Counted from the stretch's first letter, positions 13,354 to 27,409 are shown. The stretch is DNA of 64,000 nt from the human T2T-CHM13v2.0 reference genome, Homo sapiens (GCF_009914755.1 NC_060937.1), one strand, 5' to 3'. The notes: a model not told the origin generated them from the letters alone. A program made the numbers and translations.

Positions 13354-13650
13354 GGCTGGGCGCGGTGGCTCATGCCTGTCATCCCAGCGCTTTGGGAGGC
13401 CGAGGCGGGCAGATCACTTGAGGTCAGGAGTTCAAGACCAGCCTGGCCAACGTGGTGAAACCCTGTCTCTACTAAAAATATATCAATTAGCCAGGCATGG
13501 TGGTGGGCGCCTGTAATCCCAGCTACTAAGGAGGCTGAGGCACAAGAATCACTTGAGCCGGGTAGGCAGAGGGTGCGGTGAGCCGAGATCGCTCCACTGC
13601 ACTCCGGCCTGGGCGACAGAGTGAGACCCTGTCTCAAAAGAAAGCAAAAA
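13354..13650 (+). mobile_element. AluS
   Basis: Full-length dimer with degenerate TSD gaaag(a/g)taact. Confidence 0.93.
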
Positions 13651-14303
13651 GAAAGGTAACTAACCACAGGGTCCAAAGGCTAGGGTTCTCTTACCTTACA
13701 GATTTTGCATAGAATGCCCTCTGGAGAGTACCCCCGACTTCATAAGCAGGGCATGCCTAACATCTTGTGAACTCTTCTTGGAAGAACAGAGCCATATAAT
13801 AAGTGTTAATTTTTGAATTGCACTGTAATAATCACAGCACCAGGGCCTGCTGAAGTGATTGAATTGTTCACTCTTACACTAAATGGCCCCAGACTACTTG
13901 GCTGTTTCAGTTCTCTGCAAACCTTAAAATCTTATCTTCTTTTTTATTTCCTGTCAGGCTGTTAGCTTTCATGTCTTACAGATCTAAGGATACTGTTTTT
14001 GTTTCCATTTTTAGTATTGTGGCTTTAGCAGGGGTGGCAGGGTGAAACTTACATAACAAAAGAAACCATTCTAAAGTGAATAATTCAGTGGCATTTAGTG
14101 GATTCACAGTGTTGTGCAACTACCACCTCCATCTAGTTCGAAAACATTTTCATCACCTCAAAAGGAAGGCTCCTACCCATTAAGCAATTAGGGTACTGGG
14201 TGTTTCGTTGTTGCTGTTTTGCAACAACTCCTATGCTCTTTTACTTTCTGCTCCAATATGCTGTGAGCTTGGACCTAGAACACTGGGCCTGCTGAGCTGC
14301 TTC

Positions 14304-14590
14304 TTTTTTGTTTTTGTGTTTTTTTTTTTTTTGGAGACAGGGTCTCAGTCTTGTTGCCCAGGCTGGAGGTATAGTGGCACGATCATCCCACCTCAGTCCC
14401 CCGAGTAGCTGGGACTACAGGCACACGCAACCACACCCAGCTAATTTTTAAGTCAAGACTTGCATTTTTTGGTAGAGACAAGGTCTCACTATGTTGCCCA
14501 GGCTAGTCTCAAACTCCTGGGCTCAAGCAATCGGCCCGCCTCAGCCCCACTAACTGCTGGGATTACAGGCGTGAGCCACCATGCCCAGCC
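14304..14590 (-). mobile_element. AluJ with internal deletion
   Basis: T-tail, gagacagggtctc...gggattacaggcgtgagccaccatgcccagcc. Confidence 0.88.
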
Positions 14591-14949
14591 ATGCTGGGCT
14601 TCTAGGTAAATAGGGGTAGCTAGGTCCTGTACACAGGGCTCCCATTAGCAATGTTCAGGAGCATGAGATTAATTTCACTGACACGTGATAACAATTTTTA
14701 GCTACTTAAGGAGCTTCCCCCATCCTGCCCCTCCCCTGACCTTCGCTAGACCTCACACTTCTGGATTATGAGGTTGTTTAATATACGTGATTTATGGAAA
14801 TATTTACTCATTCATTCAGCAAAAAAAAAAAAAAAAAAATGTATAGAGTGCCCATACATCACCTAACGCCAGGTGCATTTTTTGTATTGCTTGCAACCTG
14901 CTTCCACAAGGGAACATAGGAACTGGGAAGGGACTTTGGGAAACCTCTA

Positions 14950-15140
14950 GCCCAGTCACTTCCAAACTTGGGCTGGAGGGATCAGAATCATCTGGGGACA
15001 GATTTCTAAAAGAGAGTGTCTGTCCCCACCCAGATATACTGCACTGATATCTCCCAGGGCGGGGCCCAGGAATGTGTATTTTTTAAATCTTCACCAAGTC
15101 ATTCTGAGATGGCACATAGGTGTCTGGGAATCATCGGGCT
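14950..15140. mobile_element. MER5A-like (hAT-Charlie)
   Basis: atcagaatcatctgggg...ggggcccaggaatgtgtatttttt...attctga. Confidence 0.65.
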
Positions 15141-15247
15141 GGCCAGTTCTTCTTAAACACATATTTAATGTTTAAAGATTACATGCCTTGGGTCCATGCC
15201 CCAACCTGGCTGACCTGTGGCGTCCAGCAGCTCGGAAGGCAGCTTAC

Positions 15248-15307
15248 CTATGAAGGTCATGGACAGCGGCAGAGCCAGGAAAGCACAGAGCACAACAACG
15301 AAGCAGG
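15248..15307 (-). CDS. TMEM272: TMEM272 coding exon, TM1 (ACFVVVLCAFLALPLSMTFI)
   Basis: Pyrimidine tract ccccttcttctccttgcag| acceptor, 60 nt, donor ATAG|GTAAGC. Phase 1-1 and hydrophobic. Confidence 0.93.
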
Positions 15308-16349
15308 CTGCAAGGAGAAGAAGGGGCAGGCACTGGGTTAGAAACACACAGACCCCTGCATTTCCTCTTCACTGCAGTTTCTTAAGCATCCTGTGAAACC
15401 TGACTTTCTCTCCAGTGGCAAGTCAGCAGACAGGAGGAGAAGGTCGCAGCTCGCCTGGGGCTCCCACACAGTGGATGCAAGCCAAGACTTGCACTTCTCA
15501 GAGAGCTGAACATCTCTCGTGATCACTTTGCCGATGCCAAGGCCCAGATATCCTGCAGGACCTCTCCAAGTCTGACAGCTTATGGAAAAGGAGTTTATAA
15601 ACTGCCACTGTGCCCGTGCCAGGATGCCAGAAGCTGCCGGCATCCACTAAGCCAGGCAGGATTCACCCTGTGCTTCCTGGGTGCCTGTACTCAGGGCAGA
15701 TGGTTCTTCTCTTCCCTGGATAAAATTCACTGACAACTCACTTTATCACTGAAAGTATTTGCTTCACAAAATCTTCTTCCCTTTCCATTCACTTGGTTAT
15801 ATATTCCACAGCCCATGACATTAGATGGGCTCCTAAAACTTCTTGCTGACACACAGTATAATAGAGCTTTGAACTGGCTTGGGGTTTTTCTTTCTGTTAA
15901 TGCCACCAATCCAACTTTTAGACATTGGGAAAGAACAGAGGAATGGGGGCTACACAGGCTTGGGTCCAAATCCTGGCCCTGTCACTCACTGGCCATGTGG
16001 CTTTGGGCAAATTCGTTGACATCCGGAAGCCGTTTTCCTCTTCTGTAAAAGGTGGTGACAGATGTATGCACAAGGACCTCAGGGTATGGCAACTTTTGTG
16101 ATTAGGCAATTACTTCCCTGCTTTGCTTCTTGGTTTCCTCATCTGTTCTCCAGATCGGCAGATATATCTGCAGATATAGGTTTTGCTTGGCCAGCATTTT
16201 TTTTTGAAAGTGTGAATTTGAATGCCTCTTGGGTAGGCCTGCCCCCCAGTTCCCACTGTCAGAGTCTTGACAGCATCACACATCTGTGCTTTCTGCTGAG
16301 TCCTGTTGTCATGCTGAGAGCAGAGGATCTCTGAGTGAACCTCATGGTA

Positions 16350-16915
16350 GCTTCTGTAGCATCTACTCCTTCCTCTCTAGGTCATCACCTTAATTATTTT
16401 CGGGTACCCCCACCTCCCTACCTCCCCATTCTGCTGTGCCGTTTATGTGCTCTGGCAGAAGCTGATCCCACCCTGGCCATAGAAAAGGGCATGAAGTTTC
16501 ACCCTCAATTAACCAGCAGAGCCCCACTTACCAGATACGTTATTAGTGGATGGGCTCATGACTTATATTGGGAGATTTACTGAGAGTCAGGAAAAAGCTT
16601 TCTCGCTCTGCTGACAGAACTTCCAGAAACAAGGTTTCTCCCTCCCTGGCCACTGGTGAGGAATTGAATTACTCTGGGGGTGGCTGGCAGCCTTCTTGCC
16701 ATCATGAGGGGAAGCCAGCCTGCGAATGAGAACAACGCCCTGAGAGGCAAGAGAAGAGGTAAAAAGAAACTGGGTCCTCAGAGACATTCATCACCCATGG
16801 AATCACACCACCCTTGATGCTAAACTACTTCTGGACTTGCCATTTATAGGAGCCAATAAATCCCCTTTATTACTTTAGCCAGCTTGAGTTGGGCTTTCTG
16901 TATTTATACAGAGCC
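16350..16915 (+). mobile_element. MLT1 (MaLR) LTR remnant
   Basis: 3' end gccaataaatcccctttattactttagccagcttgagttgggctttctgt. Confidence 0.6.
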
Positions 16916-17269
16916 CACTGTACCTGGCTTAATCTGCAAGGTCCTTTGTGGTTTTGAATTGTCAAAGATCTAGGATTTATCTGGGAATCTGTCTTCTCTA
17001 GAGAAGAGCTCTAAGGCTGCAAGTGCCTCTGGCTGGGAGCCTCACGTGCACACCACCAAACGCCAGCTCTGATCTTGCTACCCACAGCGGGTAGGGTGCA
17101 CAGGGCAGGGTGCTGCCCCTCTCTCAAAGAGACCCGAGAAGTTGCCCTCCATGCCCACCTTGACCTTCACCTCCAGGAAATGTTGATGGGGGCAGGCATG
17201 CAGAGTGATTTGCCCCAATTTCCACTCCTCCCCTCAGACCACCCCTGAGTTGTATATAATGCTATCACC

Positions 17270-18118
17270 AGAGCCAGCTTCAAAGGCGTGCAACTTAACG
17301 GCCCCAAGCATCTGGTTTGACGCTCTTCTGTTGCCATCTTGAAATTCTAAATAAATTTCTCTCGAAATCGTGTATTGTAAGTGAAGTTGGACAGGACAGT
17401 GAGGAATATGTGTGAGCAGAGGGAGCCTGTGAAATGCTCATGTCTGCTGCCCTTTACCGCCAATATTCACATTTACTCCGCAAGACTCAGGGCCAATATG
17501 AGGAAAGCGTGTTGTGTCTTCAACTGAGTAAGCAGGGGGCTGACAGTCCTGAAAAGATTTACTTCCATTTGAACCAGAACTTGCTTCAGATGCAGACAGA
17601 AGGCAATGATGTTCTAAGAAACAGGAACAACGAAGGAACTCCACCAACCCCTTTCTGACCCCTAAATTAGTATACCTTGTCCTCTCACAACTTCCTCACC
17701 TATCTGTGAGCAGAAGGTGGAGAATGTGGGTAGAATACACCCATATCAAGAAGCAAAATGAAGACTTGTTAGTTTTGTACAATGTTTCCAATGTTCCGAT
17801 AAAAACAAAATGTGTATAAGAGCTATTAAACACAAGTTGTGTCATTTCAGTGACTCAACATATGAGTTAAATGCTCTTAGAGTTGCATTTAAAACTGACA
17901 TTATGCAATATTAAGATGAACGGTAAAATATATACTAATAATTACACATTTTGATTTCCCCTACTTAAAAATGATATTAAACAGCAAATAAAAAGGCCAA
18001 AAGAGAGACTGCAGAAGAAAGGAAAAAGCTTTTTATATTTTAGTCCCTTGAACAGTGCTTCTTTCCTGCTTTTTGAACAAGGTGCTTTGCATTTTTGTTT
18101 TGCTCCGGGGCCCTGCTG
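17270..18118. mobile_element. Zaphod/MER91-type hAT-Tip100 remnant
   Basis: 5' cagagccagcttcaaaggcgtgc...gccatcttgaaattct and 3' tttttgaacaagg...gcatttttgttttgctccggggccc resemble the family termini. Confidence 0.6.
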
Positions 18119-18462
18119 GTCATGAGTGACACAGTGCTGCTGGCAGGTGTGGTGAATTAGAGAGAATTTCAGTTAATCTAGCCACATTTGTTTTAATTCT
18201 CAACTTAGAGTGGCGGTCAAGGAAGAAATTTCTTGCTGGCAAAGGATAGAAATTCAAGGGGTCGATGAATCCTATTCTGCATTTTTGACCTTGGAGCTTG
18301 TTACAAGGATGAAAAAAAGTGATCGGCATCCTGAAAAATCCTTCCCTGTGCTGCAAGCTTGAGGCAGATGGTGCCACCTGGCCACATATATAATCCAGGC
18401 AGTGAGTGACACAAAGAAATGGAGCAGTCCCCAAGGAGGCACCTGCCACCCAAGCTTCCTAC

Positions 18463-18970
18463 TGAAGGGTGGCAGAATATGCCACCCCAAACTCTGCAGC
18501 TGTGGCATAAGGGTTATTTGGAGCTAAAGGCACTTAAAAAATAGCAGATGGAAGAAGGGTACTCTGACCCTCCCCTTTTCCTTCTTAAAAGTGGGAAACA
18601 AAAGCCCCACATAGAGGATGTCCTCCCTATACCAAAGGAAAGCACCATTCTTATCATCAAGGATGGGACATTGAGACCAAGAGAATTCTGTACAAACAGA
18701 TCTTGTCAAAATCACTCTTATCTTCCCTTAGCCTCCCCACACAGTTTGGTTCCTTTTCTGCAATTACCTCTCTTTGTTCAGCCACGTACAAAAGCATTTG
18801 GGTTTTGCTATTTCTTTGGGTTTCCACTTCTTATGAAGGCTCTTGTGTCATGTAAAACTTGCACTAAATTAGTGTGCTTTTCTCCTGTTAATCTGTCTTA
18901 TGTGAGTTTAATTCTCAGGCCCAGCTGAAAAGCCCTAAGAGTGGAGAGGTAAAATGTTACCTCCTCTTCA
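18463..18970 (+). mobile_element. ERV1 solo LTR (MER34/MER31-like)
   Basis: TGAAG...CTTCA termini, perfect 4-bp TSD CTAC on both sides, start tgaagggtggcagaatatgccaccccaaa. Confidence 0.82.
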
Positions 18971-19555
18971 CTACCTCCCAGCAGGGCTGAGAGAGATGGC
19001 CAGGGCCAGAACATTCTTAATGACTACCTGGAGGAGGCTGTAAAGACTCACCACCTGCAGCCATGCAACCAAGCCACCTGAGTCACAGCCCACTCCGCTC
19101 CTCATTACCTGCAGCATGGACTGCAGGACTCTTAACCTCTGAGGTTTCAATGTCCTCATTGCAAACATGGGCACGATTACAAGACTTTCCTAACAGACTT
19201 GTCAAAATCATCAAATGTCATAATCTGCATAATCTGTGTAGGGCACTAAACGCAGGGTCTGGCACATAATAAACACCGATAAATGCTGGCCATTATCATT
19301 ACTATTATTATTTTCCATTCCTGATGGAAGGAGACCCAGGCTTCCCCTTTATTTCAGCCCCCACTTCGGAATCAAATGAAGAATCGAGAAAACAACAGGT
19401 GAGGTATACACTGTGGTTCTCATGGTGTCTGAGCAGAGATGAGACTGTTCTACACCTTAACTCCCAAGTGGATGCGGCCTTACTCCCTGGCCCTGTTCTC
19501 AGGCTGTGCCCTGGCTTCATCCAGTGAGTCCGCTTCTCTGGATCACCACTCTAGG

Positions 19556-19714
19556 TCTAAAGAGGCTCACTCTTGCTTGAGATCTAATGAGGCTCACTCT
19601 TGCTCGAGGTCTAATGAGGCTCACTCTTGCTCGAGGTCGAATGAGGCTCACTCTTGCTTAAAGTCTAATGAGGCTCACTCTTGCTCGAAGTCTAATGAGG
19701 CTCACTCTTGCTCG
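19556..19714. repeat. 27-bp minisatellite, about 5.9 copies
   Basis: Unit TCTAATGAGGCTCACTCTTGCTCGAGG starting at 19556, 19583, 19610, 19637, 19664 and 19691. Confidence 0.95.
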
Positions 19715-19766
19715 CTGCACCTCAGAGCCATGACTCTCAGGGTCTCAATGGCCGCTCTAGATCTCA

Positions 19767-20117
<351 letters not shown>

Positions 20118-21499
20118 TAAAAGCAACTCTCAGGTGATCGTAGCCTGTTTCTGTAAGCTGGCTAGAGAATCTTCAGGGGCTTCCTACAGCTGTCTGCTCA
20201 GCATGGTGTGAGGTGCTGGGGTTGGGCTAGGTTGTAGGATCCACTGGGATGGAAATCATCAGCAGTTACCAGCACGAGGCCTTCTTTACCACTTGGTCCT
20301 AATAAGGACACCCAAGCCACAGTCAGGAATTGGGGAGCCCCACTCTCGCCTGATCCCCCTGCCTCCTGGGGCATCTGGTTACCCACTCCTCAGTCTTTGG
20401 AGCTCTCTGGAACAGAGGCTGAGCTTCCTGGTGATGCCGCTGTTGCGATTGCAGCGGCTTGACAGCAGTGACCACCACTAGTTAATACTGTCCTGCCTTC
20501 TGGTCTATTGAGCACCAATTCCAATGCAACTCAGAGTGCCACATTCTGGCTTCTGATGCCATGAGAGTCTCCATCTAGAAAGTCAGTTTGAAAGAGCTGG
20601 GTGAAAATAAACTCAGCTTGAGGGTCCAAAGGAGAAAATAATTCAAAATTAGAGCAATAGTGGGAGGATATTAGAATCAAAACGTTGGAGTCAAGTCATT
20701 CTTTATGCTAAGAACACAGATAGGCTGATTCCTGACTTACTGAAGGTTGGGAAAAGACAGACTATTGGGAAGGGTGCCCTCCTCAGGGTGGCTTTTGGGT
20801 TGCTGGCTCTGGATCCTCACTCCCCTCTTGCAGTGCATTTCAGGGTGGGCTGCTCTCACGACTGCTGATTGCTGCTGCCCGTGATTGTCAGAGGGAGCAG
20901 CATGGTAGCAGGTGTTAAAGATACGCTGCCATCCGGTTATCAGTCAAAATAGGTAGCTGGGAGAATTCAATGCATTTTTAAATGGGTAATCTTGGTAGGA
21001 AAAGTGGGTAGCTTTTGGTCTGTTCTCAAGGATCTCCGGAGTCTGTTTCCTATGAATAGCAAGTATTAATATATCCCCAGATCTTTTGCTTAGTTTAGTG
21101 CAGAAACTGAGACTGGGACCCAGCAGTTTTTCTCTGCAACACCATCCTTCGGGGCTCCACTGAGCTATCAAATACCCAGAAGGCAACTGGCAAAGAGTGC
21201 AGGAAGAGAAACTCAAACTAAACTCCTCTTTCCAAACTGCCCTTTCCACCTCCCTGTATCTGTAATGGTGCCCAAACCCCAGTCACCCAAACCACTTCTG
21301 CCCTCTCCTGGTATGTTCAGTCATTCTGCCTCTGCCTCGTTTCCACCCACCCCTCTTCTCCAGCCCTGCACAAGCACCCTGCATTGCCATAGCCACCCAC
21401 TAATCCCCAGAGGTCACAGCCAATAGCAATTTGCATGAGGGGGTATTTTTATTAGCACTTAATCCCCTTTGAATATAGATGAACTTCTTTATAGATATT

Positions 21500-22350
21500 C
21501 AGCTATTCATTCTTGCATTCGACCAAGGTTTGGGTAGATGCAAAGTGAGCATGAGAAGCCTCGGCAATGCGGACTTCACCACCTCTTAAGGGAGATGAGA
21601 TGTGCACCCAAGGGACAGTACAAATCAGTGTGTGGAAGGGACCAGCAGGGGCAGCGCACAATGCAGTGAGGAAGCCTGGAGGAGGAAAGAGTCCCCAGGA
21701 AATCAAGGAAGGCCTCAAGGAGGAGGTGATATTGGTACTGGGTGTTGATGGATGGGTAGGATTTTTGACGGGCTGAGTTGTGGGGAGATGGCTTTTCTGT
21801 CAAAGGAAAAAAGCCCAGAGGAAACAAAAGATTTGAGAGACAGAGACACTCAGAGTGGTTTGGGGGAGTGGCAAATCATGAAATGGAGCTGAGCGTCCAT
21901 CATCCATCATAACAGAGAAAAGGAGATCAGATGGAAACTAGATAGTCAGAAGAGAGGGCATTTCTGTTTTGCATAAGGGTATCTGGATTTTATTAGGAAG
22001 ATAAAGAGAGTTGTAGGGTTTGCAATTGGAAAGCAGCTATCAAATAATCATCAATAATATCATCAAATAATAATCAAAGCTGAACCTTTGGAGAAAATGA
22101 GGACTAAAGGGGGTGGCTCTCGGAGTGAAGAGACCAGCGAAGTGGCTGTTGCATAACTCAGCCTGGAGAGCAATTGTGAGGCTCCAGCAGCGCCTTGAGC
22201 ACCCATTAGGTGTGGGAATGAAGGGAAGAAAGGAGTAAAGAATGACTGAAGTGCAGTGCTCGGGTGACAAGAATGGTGGAGGCACTGACGGAAATGTGAG
22301 GGACAGAAAGAGGAGGGGCTTTAGGGAAAGGATGTATTCGGTTCAGAATT
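21500..22350 (-). mobile_element. L2 remnant
   Basis: attcattc tail and L2-typical ggaaggcctcaaggaggaggtgatatt...gatggatgggtagga. Confidence 0.6.
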
Positions 22351-23907
22351 CACTGCATTTAATGTGCCAGGGGAATGAACTGGAGTATGGGTTTCTAAAA
22401 CCACCTCCACTGCCTGCTTTTGAGATTTTCAGTTGTTCATGTAACAGGACGAGTTAGTAAGAAATATTGGACCCTTCCACAATACTGATGTTGCCATCTC
22501 TTTCTCTGATCCCTGAAAAGAGAGGGCAACCTTGTGCTTCTTGAAGCCCACCAAGAGCAATTCTATGGGATTGTCCCAATAAAAAGGGATGCAGGGGAGT
22601 CCCCCAAAGAGGAGGAGCAATGAAGAGGGGGCTGCTGAGGGTGGAACCTTGGGTTGGTGGCCCCTTCCCTGCAGTGTCCAAAAGGAATTGCTACTAGAAG
22701 CACCTAGGGAGGCGGCACCAGGTCCCCAGGCTCGTAAAGACCCCGACATCTCAAGCTTGACACCGGTGCTGACCTGATAGCAAGGACAGAGCGTGCTGCT
22801 GTGCAGTTTGTGCAGAGAAGAGAGGGCCTGTGTGAGGCTACAGGGCTGAGTGAAGGTTGGAAATCCTCTCGCTTGGAAGAGGGGCGCACTTTTCTTCCAA
22901 TAAAAGCACCGTCTACTACTAAACTGTGTCCTGGAAGCTACCACTGCCGGGGGCCACCTTTTAAACATTGCACAAAGGGTGTGTAGAGGAAATAATGGCT
23001 TACCACAGAGCAGGAGCACACCCTGCCCCAGACCCCCAAAAGAGGAAAACGTGATTCCTCCTCTCCAACTCCCATACTTGAATTCTCGTGTGACCCACAA
23101 AGCCCAGGGTTGATGTTCCTGGTACTCTGGCAAGTAGGAGCTCAGAGTCAAATTAATTTTATTAAAGAGGAAGAAGTTTTGAAGTTTTAAAAGTACATTA
23201 AAAATAAATTAATGTGCTATTTCTCCTGGCCAGAATTGTAGAATAAAATCTACCACTCTCTGTTTAGTATGTTGAGTTGTGTAAATTTCTCTCACAGCTG
23301 AGGGGCTGCAAACACCACCTAGAGTCACGGTTCCTTCACCCAGGCCTGAGCAGAAGGTCTTTCTCCTGGTGTCCCCCTTGAACATGGACTTTGCTGGGCC
23401 CTTCTCTGCTGCTGTCTCCAAGTGGAGTTGAAGGGGACTTCCCAGGACCCCCTGACAGGTGCAACAGCCTGGGTTCACTGCACTTGTCCGTTTCATTGAG
23501 TTATCCTATGAGGGCTAGAGCCCTGCACACGCTGCACATGTATTCATCAAGATTTCACTGCTGCCCAGGGATGAAAGCGATCCTCCAGGGTGGCAGCAGG
23601 CTGCAGGGAAGCAAATGTTCTGCAGCAGAGAGCTTGACAGAGAGAGTGCCAGATGGGGAGGCTGGGAGCCAGGGCTGCACAGTGGCCCAGGAGAGCTCCA
23701 GAAAGCTCCCCCAAGTGGCTTGCTGGGATCTGAGAGCACGGAGACCACCCTACTCCCTGGATGAACGCCCAGATAAACAAGCCACTCCTCTGAGGCCGCC
23801 ACCACTTAGCAGCTCCACATGTGGATAGGGACAGCACCAACCAATCTAAGGGGGATATCTGAAGATTGTTCTTAAAACATAAAATAAAAATAAAACTTTT
23901 ATTTTCT

Positions 23908-24201
<294 letters not shown>

Positions 24202-24714
24202 AAAACTTTTATTTTCTAATTACATAAATATGTAGCTTTATAGGAAATGTGGAAAATGTAGAAAACCAGAAAGAAGTAAATTTAGAAGTCATTTGAAAGG
24301 AAAACACTACAGTATATGCATTTGCATCTATGTACTATTTTATCAGGTCTGGGATCAGGCCAAGGAGGCCAATTTTTCCCAGCCTAAATTCTAAAAGACA
24401 TCTTAATTATGAAAATTCTCAAACATTCAAACAAATACAAAGAGTAATAGAGCAAACATTCAGATACTTGCCACTCAGGTTTCCCTCTGCATGCTTTTTA
24501 AGTTTTTAAATTTTTTAGTTGGAAATAATCCCAGTGTGCATTTCCTGGGGATATTCTCTTATTAATATAGTACCTTAGTACAGTCGCAGCTTCTTAAATT
24601 TACATTGATACAATATTTTAATCTGCCATCCATATTCCAATGTTGATGACCTAATAAAGCCCTTGGGTCCAGTCTAGGCTGAAGTATTGCATTTGTTGTC
24701 ATGTCTCCTCTGCC

Positions 24715-25065
24715 TGCTATGGTTTGAATGTGTCCCCCAAAGTTCATGTGTTGGAAACTCAATCCCCAATGCAAACGTGTTGGGAAGTGGAGCTTAAATG
24801 AGAGGTGATCAGGCCCTGGGAGCAGAGTAAATGAGTTCATGTCATCACTGGAGTGGGTTCATTATAAAAGGGGGAGTTCAGCCCTTTTTCTCTCCCCCAC
24901 GTGCTGCCTTCCTCCATGGGATGACACAAGAAGGCCCTCCCCAGCTGCCGGCCTCTCATTCTTGGACTTCACAGCTTCCAGAATGATAAGCCAACAAGTT
25001 TCTGTTTGTTATAAACTACCTAGTCTGTGGTATTCTGTTATAGCAGCACAAAGTGGATTAAGAGA
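24715..25065 (+). mobile_element. MST (MaLR) solo LTR inside an L1MC fragment (about 24380-25420)
   Basis: tgctatggtttgaatgtgtcccccaaagttcatgtgttggaaac...gtggtattctgttatagcagcacaaa. Confidence 0.82.
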
Positions 25066-27150
25066 CCTCCCTCAAATCTAGAACATTCTCATCAGCCCTT
25101 TTTGTTTTGTTTTCTAGGATGTTGACATTTTTGAAGAATACAGTCCTCTCTGCTGTTTTTTAGTAGAACATTCTTCACCTTGTATTTGACAGATGTTCCC
25201 TTGTGTTTGGACAAAGGCTGTGCATTCTTGGCTGGATTACTGCATAGGTGACGGCCACCTGTCCCTCACTGGTAATGTTCACTTTAAACCCCAAAGTGTG
25301 GCCCACTTTCTCCACTGTATGATTACTATTTTATTCCTCCCTTGCAACCAAGTACTGCTTATCATCAAAATTTCCTCTTAGATTTAGTGTCTATTGATGA
25401 TTCTTGCCTGATCCAACCTTTATCTGAGGGGGCAGGTGGGAGGAAGTAGAAGTCTAGGCAAAGAAACACATGTTGGAAGGCCCAGGGGGAAAACAGAAGC
25501 TGGTGTTCCTAGGAAACCTAAAATGTTTTTGTCTGGCTGGATTTTCCAGAGTGAGAAGGGAAGAAGAAAGAGTGATTCAAGAGGTAAACGGGGACTCAAT
25601 CACAAAGGGTTTCACAAGAGAGCAAACGCTTCTGTTTTATTCTGCAGGAATGGGGAGTCACTGTGCAGTGAAGGACCTCCCCAGAGGAGGTGCTGAGGGG
25701 ATGGGCAAGAGGCAGCAAGAACACTTAGGAGGCCTTGCCATTGTGCTGGCTGAAGACGGAGTTATTCATACAACAAGGGCAGAAATCTCAACAATCAAGG
25801 AGGCCATCATTAGGCCAAGGTTGGCCTAGACCTTGACCTGCAGATTTACAGTGCAGCCAGGAAACATCCCTTTTTCTGGGAAACCCTGAGCATGATACTT
25901 CCTCTCTTGCCAACCTGGTGTTGCCATCAGCACTTCTGTTGCATAAACAGGTAGGATGTGTGTTGGGGGAGGTGGTGGTAACTAATTTCCCGAAGATGTA
26001 GAGCAACAATATAGCTGATGGTGTCTCCTTTCCCTGCCGGCAGTAAACCTATGAGTTTTCATCCTGCCAGAGCATCAGAGGCCCTGGGCAGAGACTCCAG
26101 CACCACTGTCCCACTCTGGCCCTCACAGCAGTAGGTGTGCTCCAGGGATGAAAGGAGGGTGGCCCTTAGAGCTGTCCCTGGGAGTAAAATGTCAGGGCTG
26201 TGCGTTAGGAGAATGAGATGGGCACTGGGCCCATCAGCGAATGGAGAAGGTCAGTTGTATCTGGGAGGTGGCTCTTCACTCATTTACCTGCTTAGTCAGC
26301 CAGTGCCTATTTATTGAGCTCCTACTGTGTGTCAGGCACTGCTGGAGGTGCTGGCATGCAGCAGTGCAGGAAACGTCATGGGAGGAGAAGTGGGAGGTGG
26401 ACAGTGTGTGCTAGGACATGGTAAGTACAGGTAAGGAAAGGTGCCCAGGCACCCATCTGTCAGCCCCTTGTTCTGCTGACCCTCCACCTTAGTCCGCCAC
26501 TACCCACTGACTGCAGCTTCCTGATATTAGTGCCTGGAGATGAGTTGCTTAAGGCTTCCCACAATGTTCCCTTTATCCACATTTCATCTGTAAAAGTTAG
26601 ACCATACATCTCACCATGATGTAAAAGCTTTCATCCCAGGGACCCCCAAGGCCTGGGATCTGATTTTGGGATATTCCAAACACAAGACAGACTGGGTCTT
26701 CTGTAATATGGTCCAGCCCCTCTGGACAGAAAGGACCCCAGCAGGTGATAGTGGGGGAATATCCAATTTAGTAAGGAGACAGGTTGAGGTAGGAGTAAGG
26801 GAAAGCTACCCAGGTCCAAGGTGTCACATTGCCCTGCCGTGTTGCCCAGCACGGCTGCCATCATACACTGATTGTAGCAGTGACTCCGTTCACATGCATA
26901 TTTTTCAAACACATATTACATGGAAAACACATACAGTGAACTATGGAAAACTAAAGATGAATTGGTAAGGAATGGAAGGAGAAAGCAGCCAACCGAGGGC
27001 CGGACACTGTCTTCCCCAGCTCTACCACCCTGGGGCCACCCCATACCAAGCACAGCCCACTCATATGATCCACTCCAGCTTTAGCTCATCGGGTGATCCC
27101 AGAGGTCTCAATCCTACAAAACCAGGGCATTTCTCAGAGTTGTGACTCAC

Positions 27151-27208
27151 CATTGCTGGCGATTTTAGAAATGCACTGATGACACGTTTTCTCCAGACCT
27201 CCTGGCAT
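27151..27208 (-). CDS. TMEM272: TMEM272 first coding exon (MPGGLEKTCHQCISKIASN + 1 nt)
   Basis: ATG at 27208-27206 (acaATGc), 58 nt open, then donor G|GTGAGT. Upstream acceptors cctcag| (exon start 27231) and tgtcag| (27220). Phase 1 matches the next exon. Confidence 0.9.
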
Positions 27209-27409
27209 TGTTCTTGCTCGCTGACAAAGTTCTGAGGATCAAAAATAATTCATTAGAAAGGATGGTGGAAGGATTTACTCAGCACCAATAACCAACCCTC
27301 TCTGTGCATGTCAGTGGTGGCCTGCAGGGTGGTCTCAGTCAGCCCGGGTGGCCTGGGTGCCAGTGTCAGGTGTGGCCTTGTTAGTGGTTAGCGGGGCTGA
27401 GAAAAAGAC

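Noticed and set aside
13200-13676. 158-aa ORF and similar ones at 39966, 41295, 41722, 58211 and 59809
   Set aside because: Translations of Alu sequence or simple repeats.
13689-13697. Strong minus-strand donor AAG|GTAAGA in a TMEM272 intron
   Set aside because: I could not pair it with a convincing acceptor, and isolated donor matches are common.
22429-23151. 240-aa minus-strand ORF, the longest in the track
   Set aside because: TTG start, no recognisable domain, composition typical of GC-rich non-coding DNA, and intronic.
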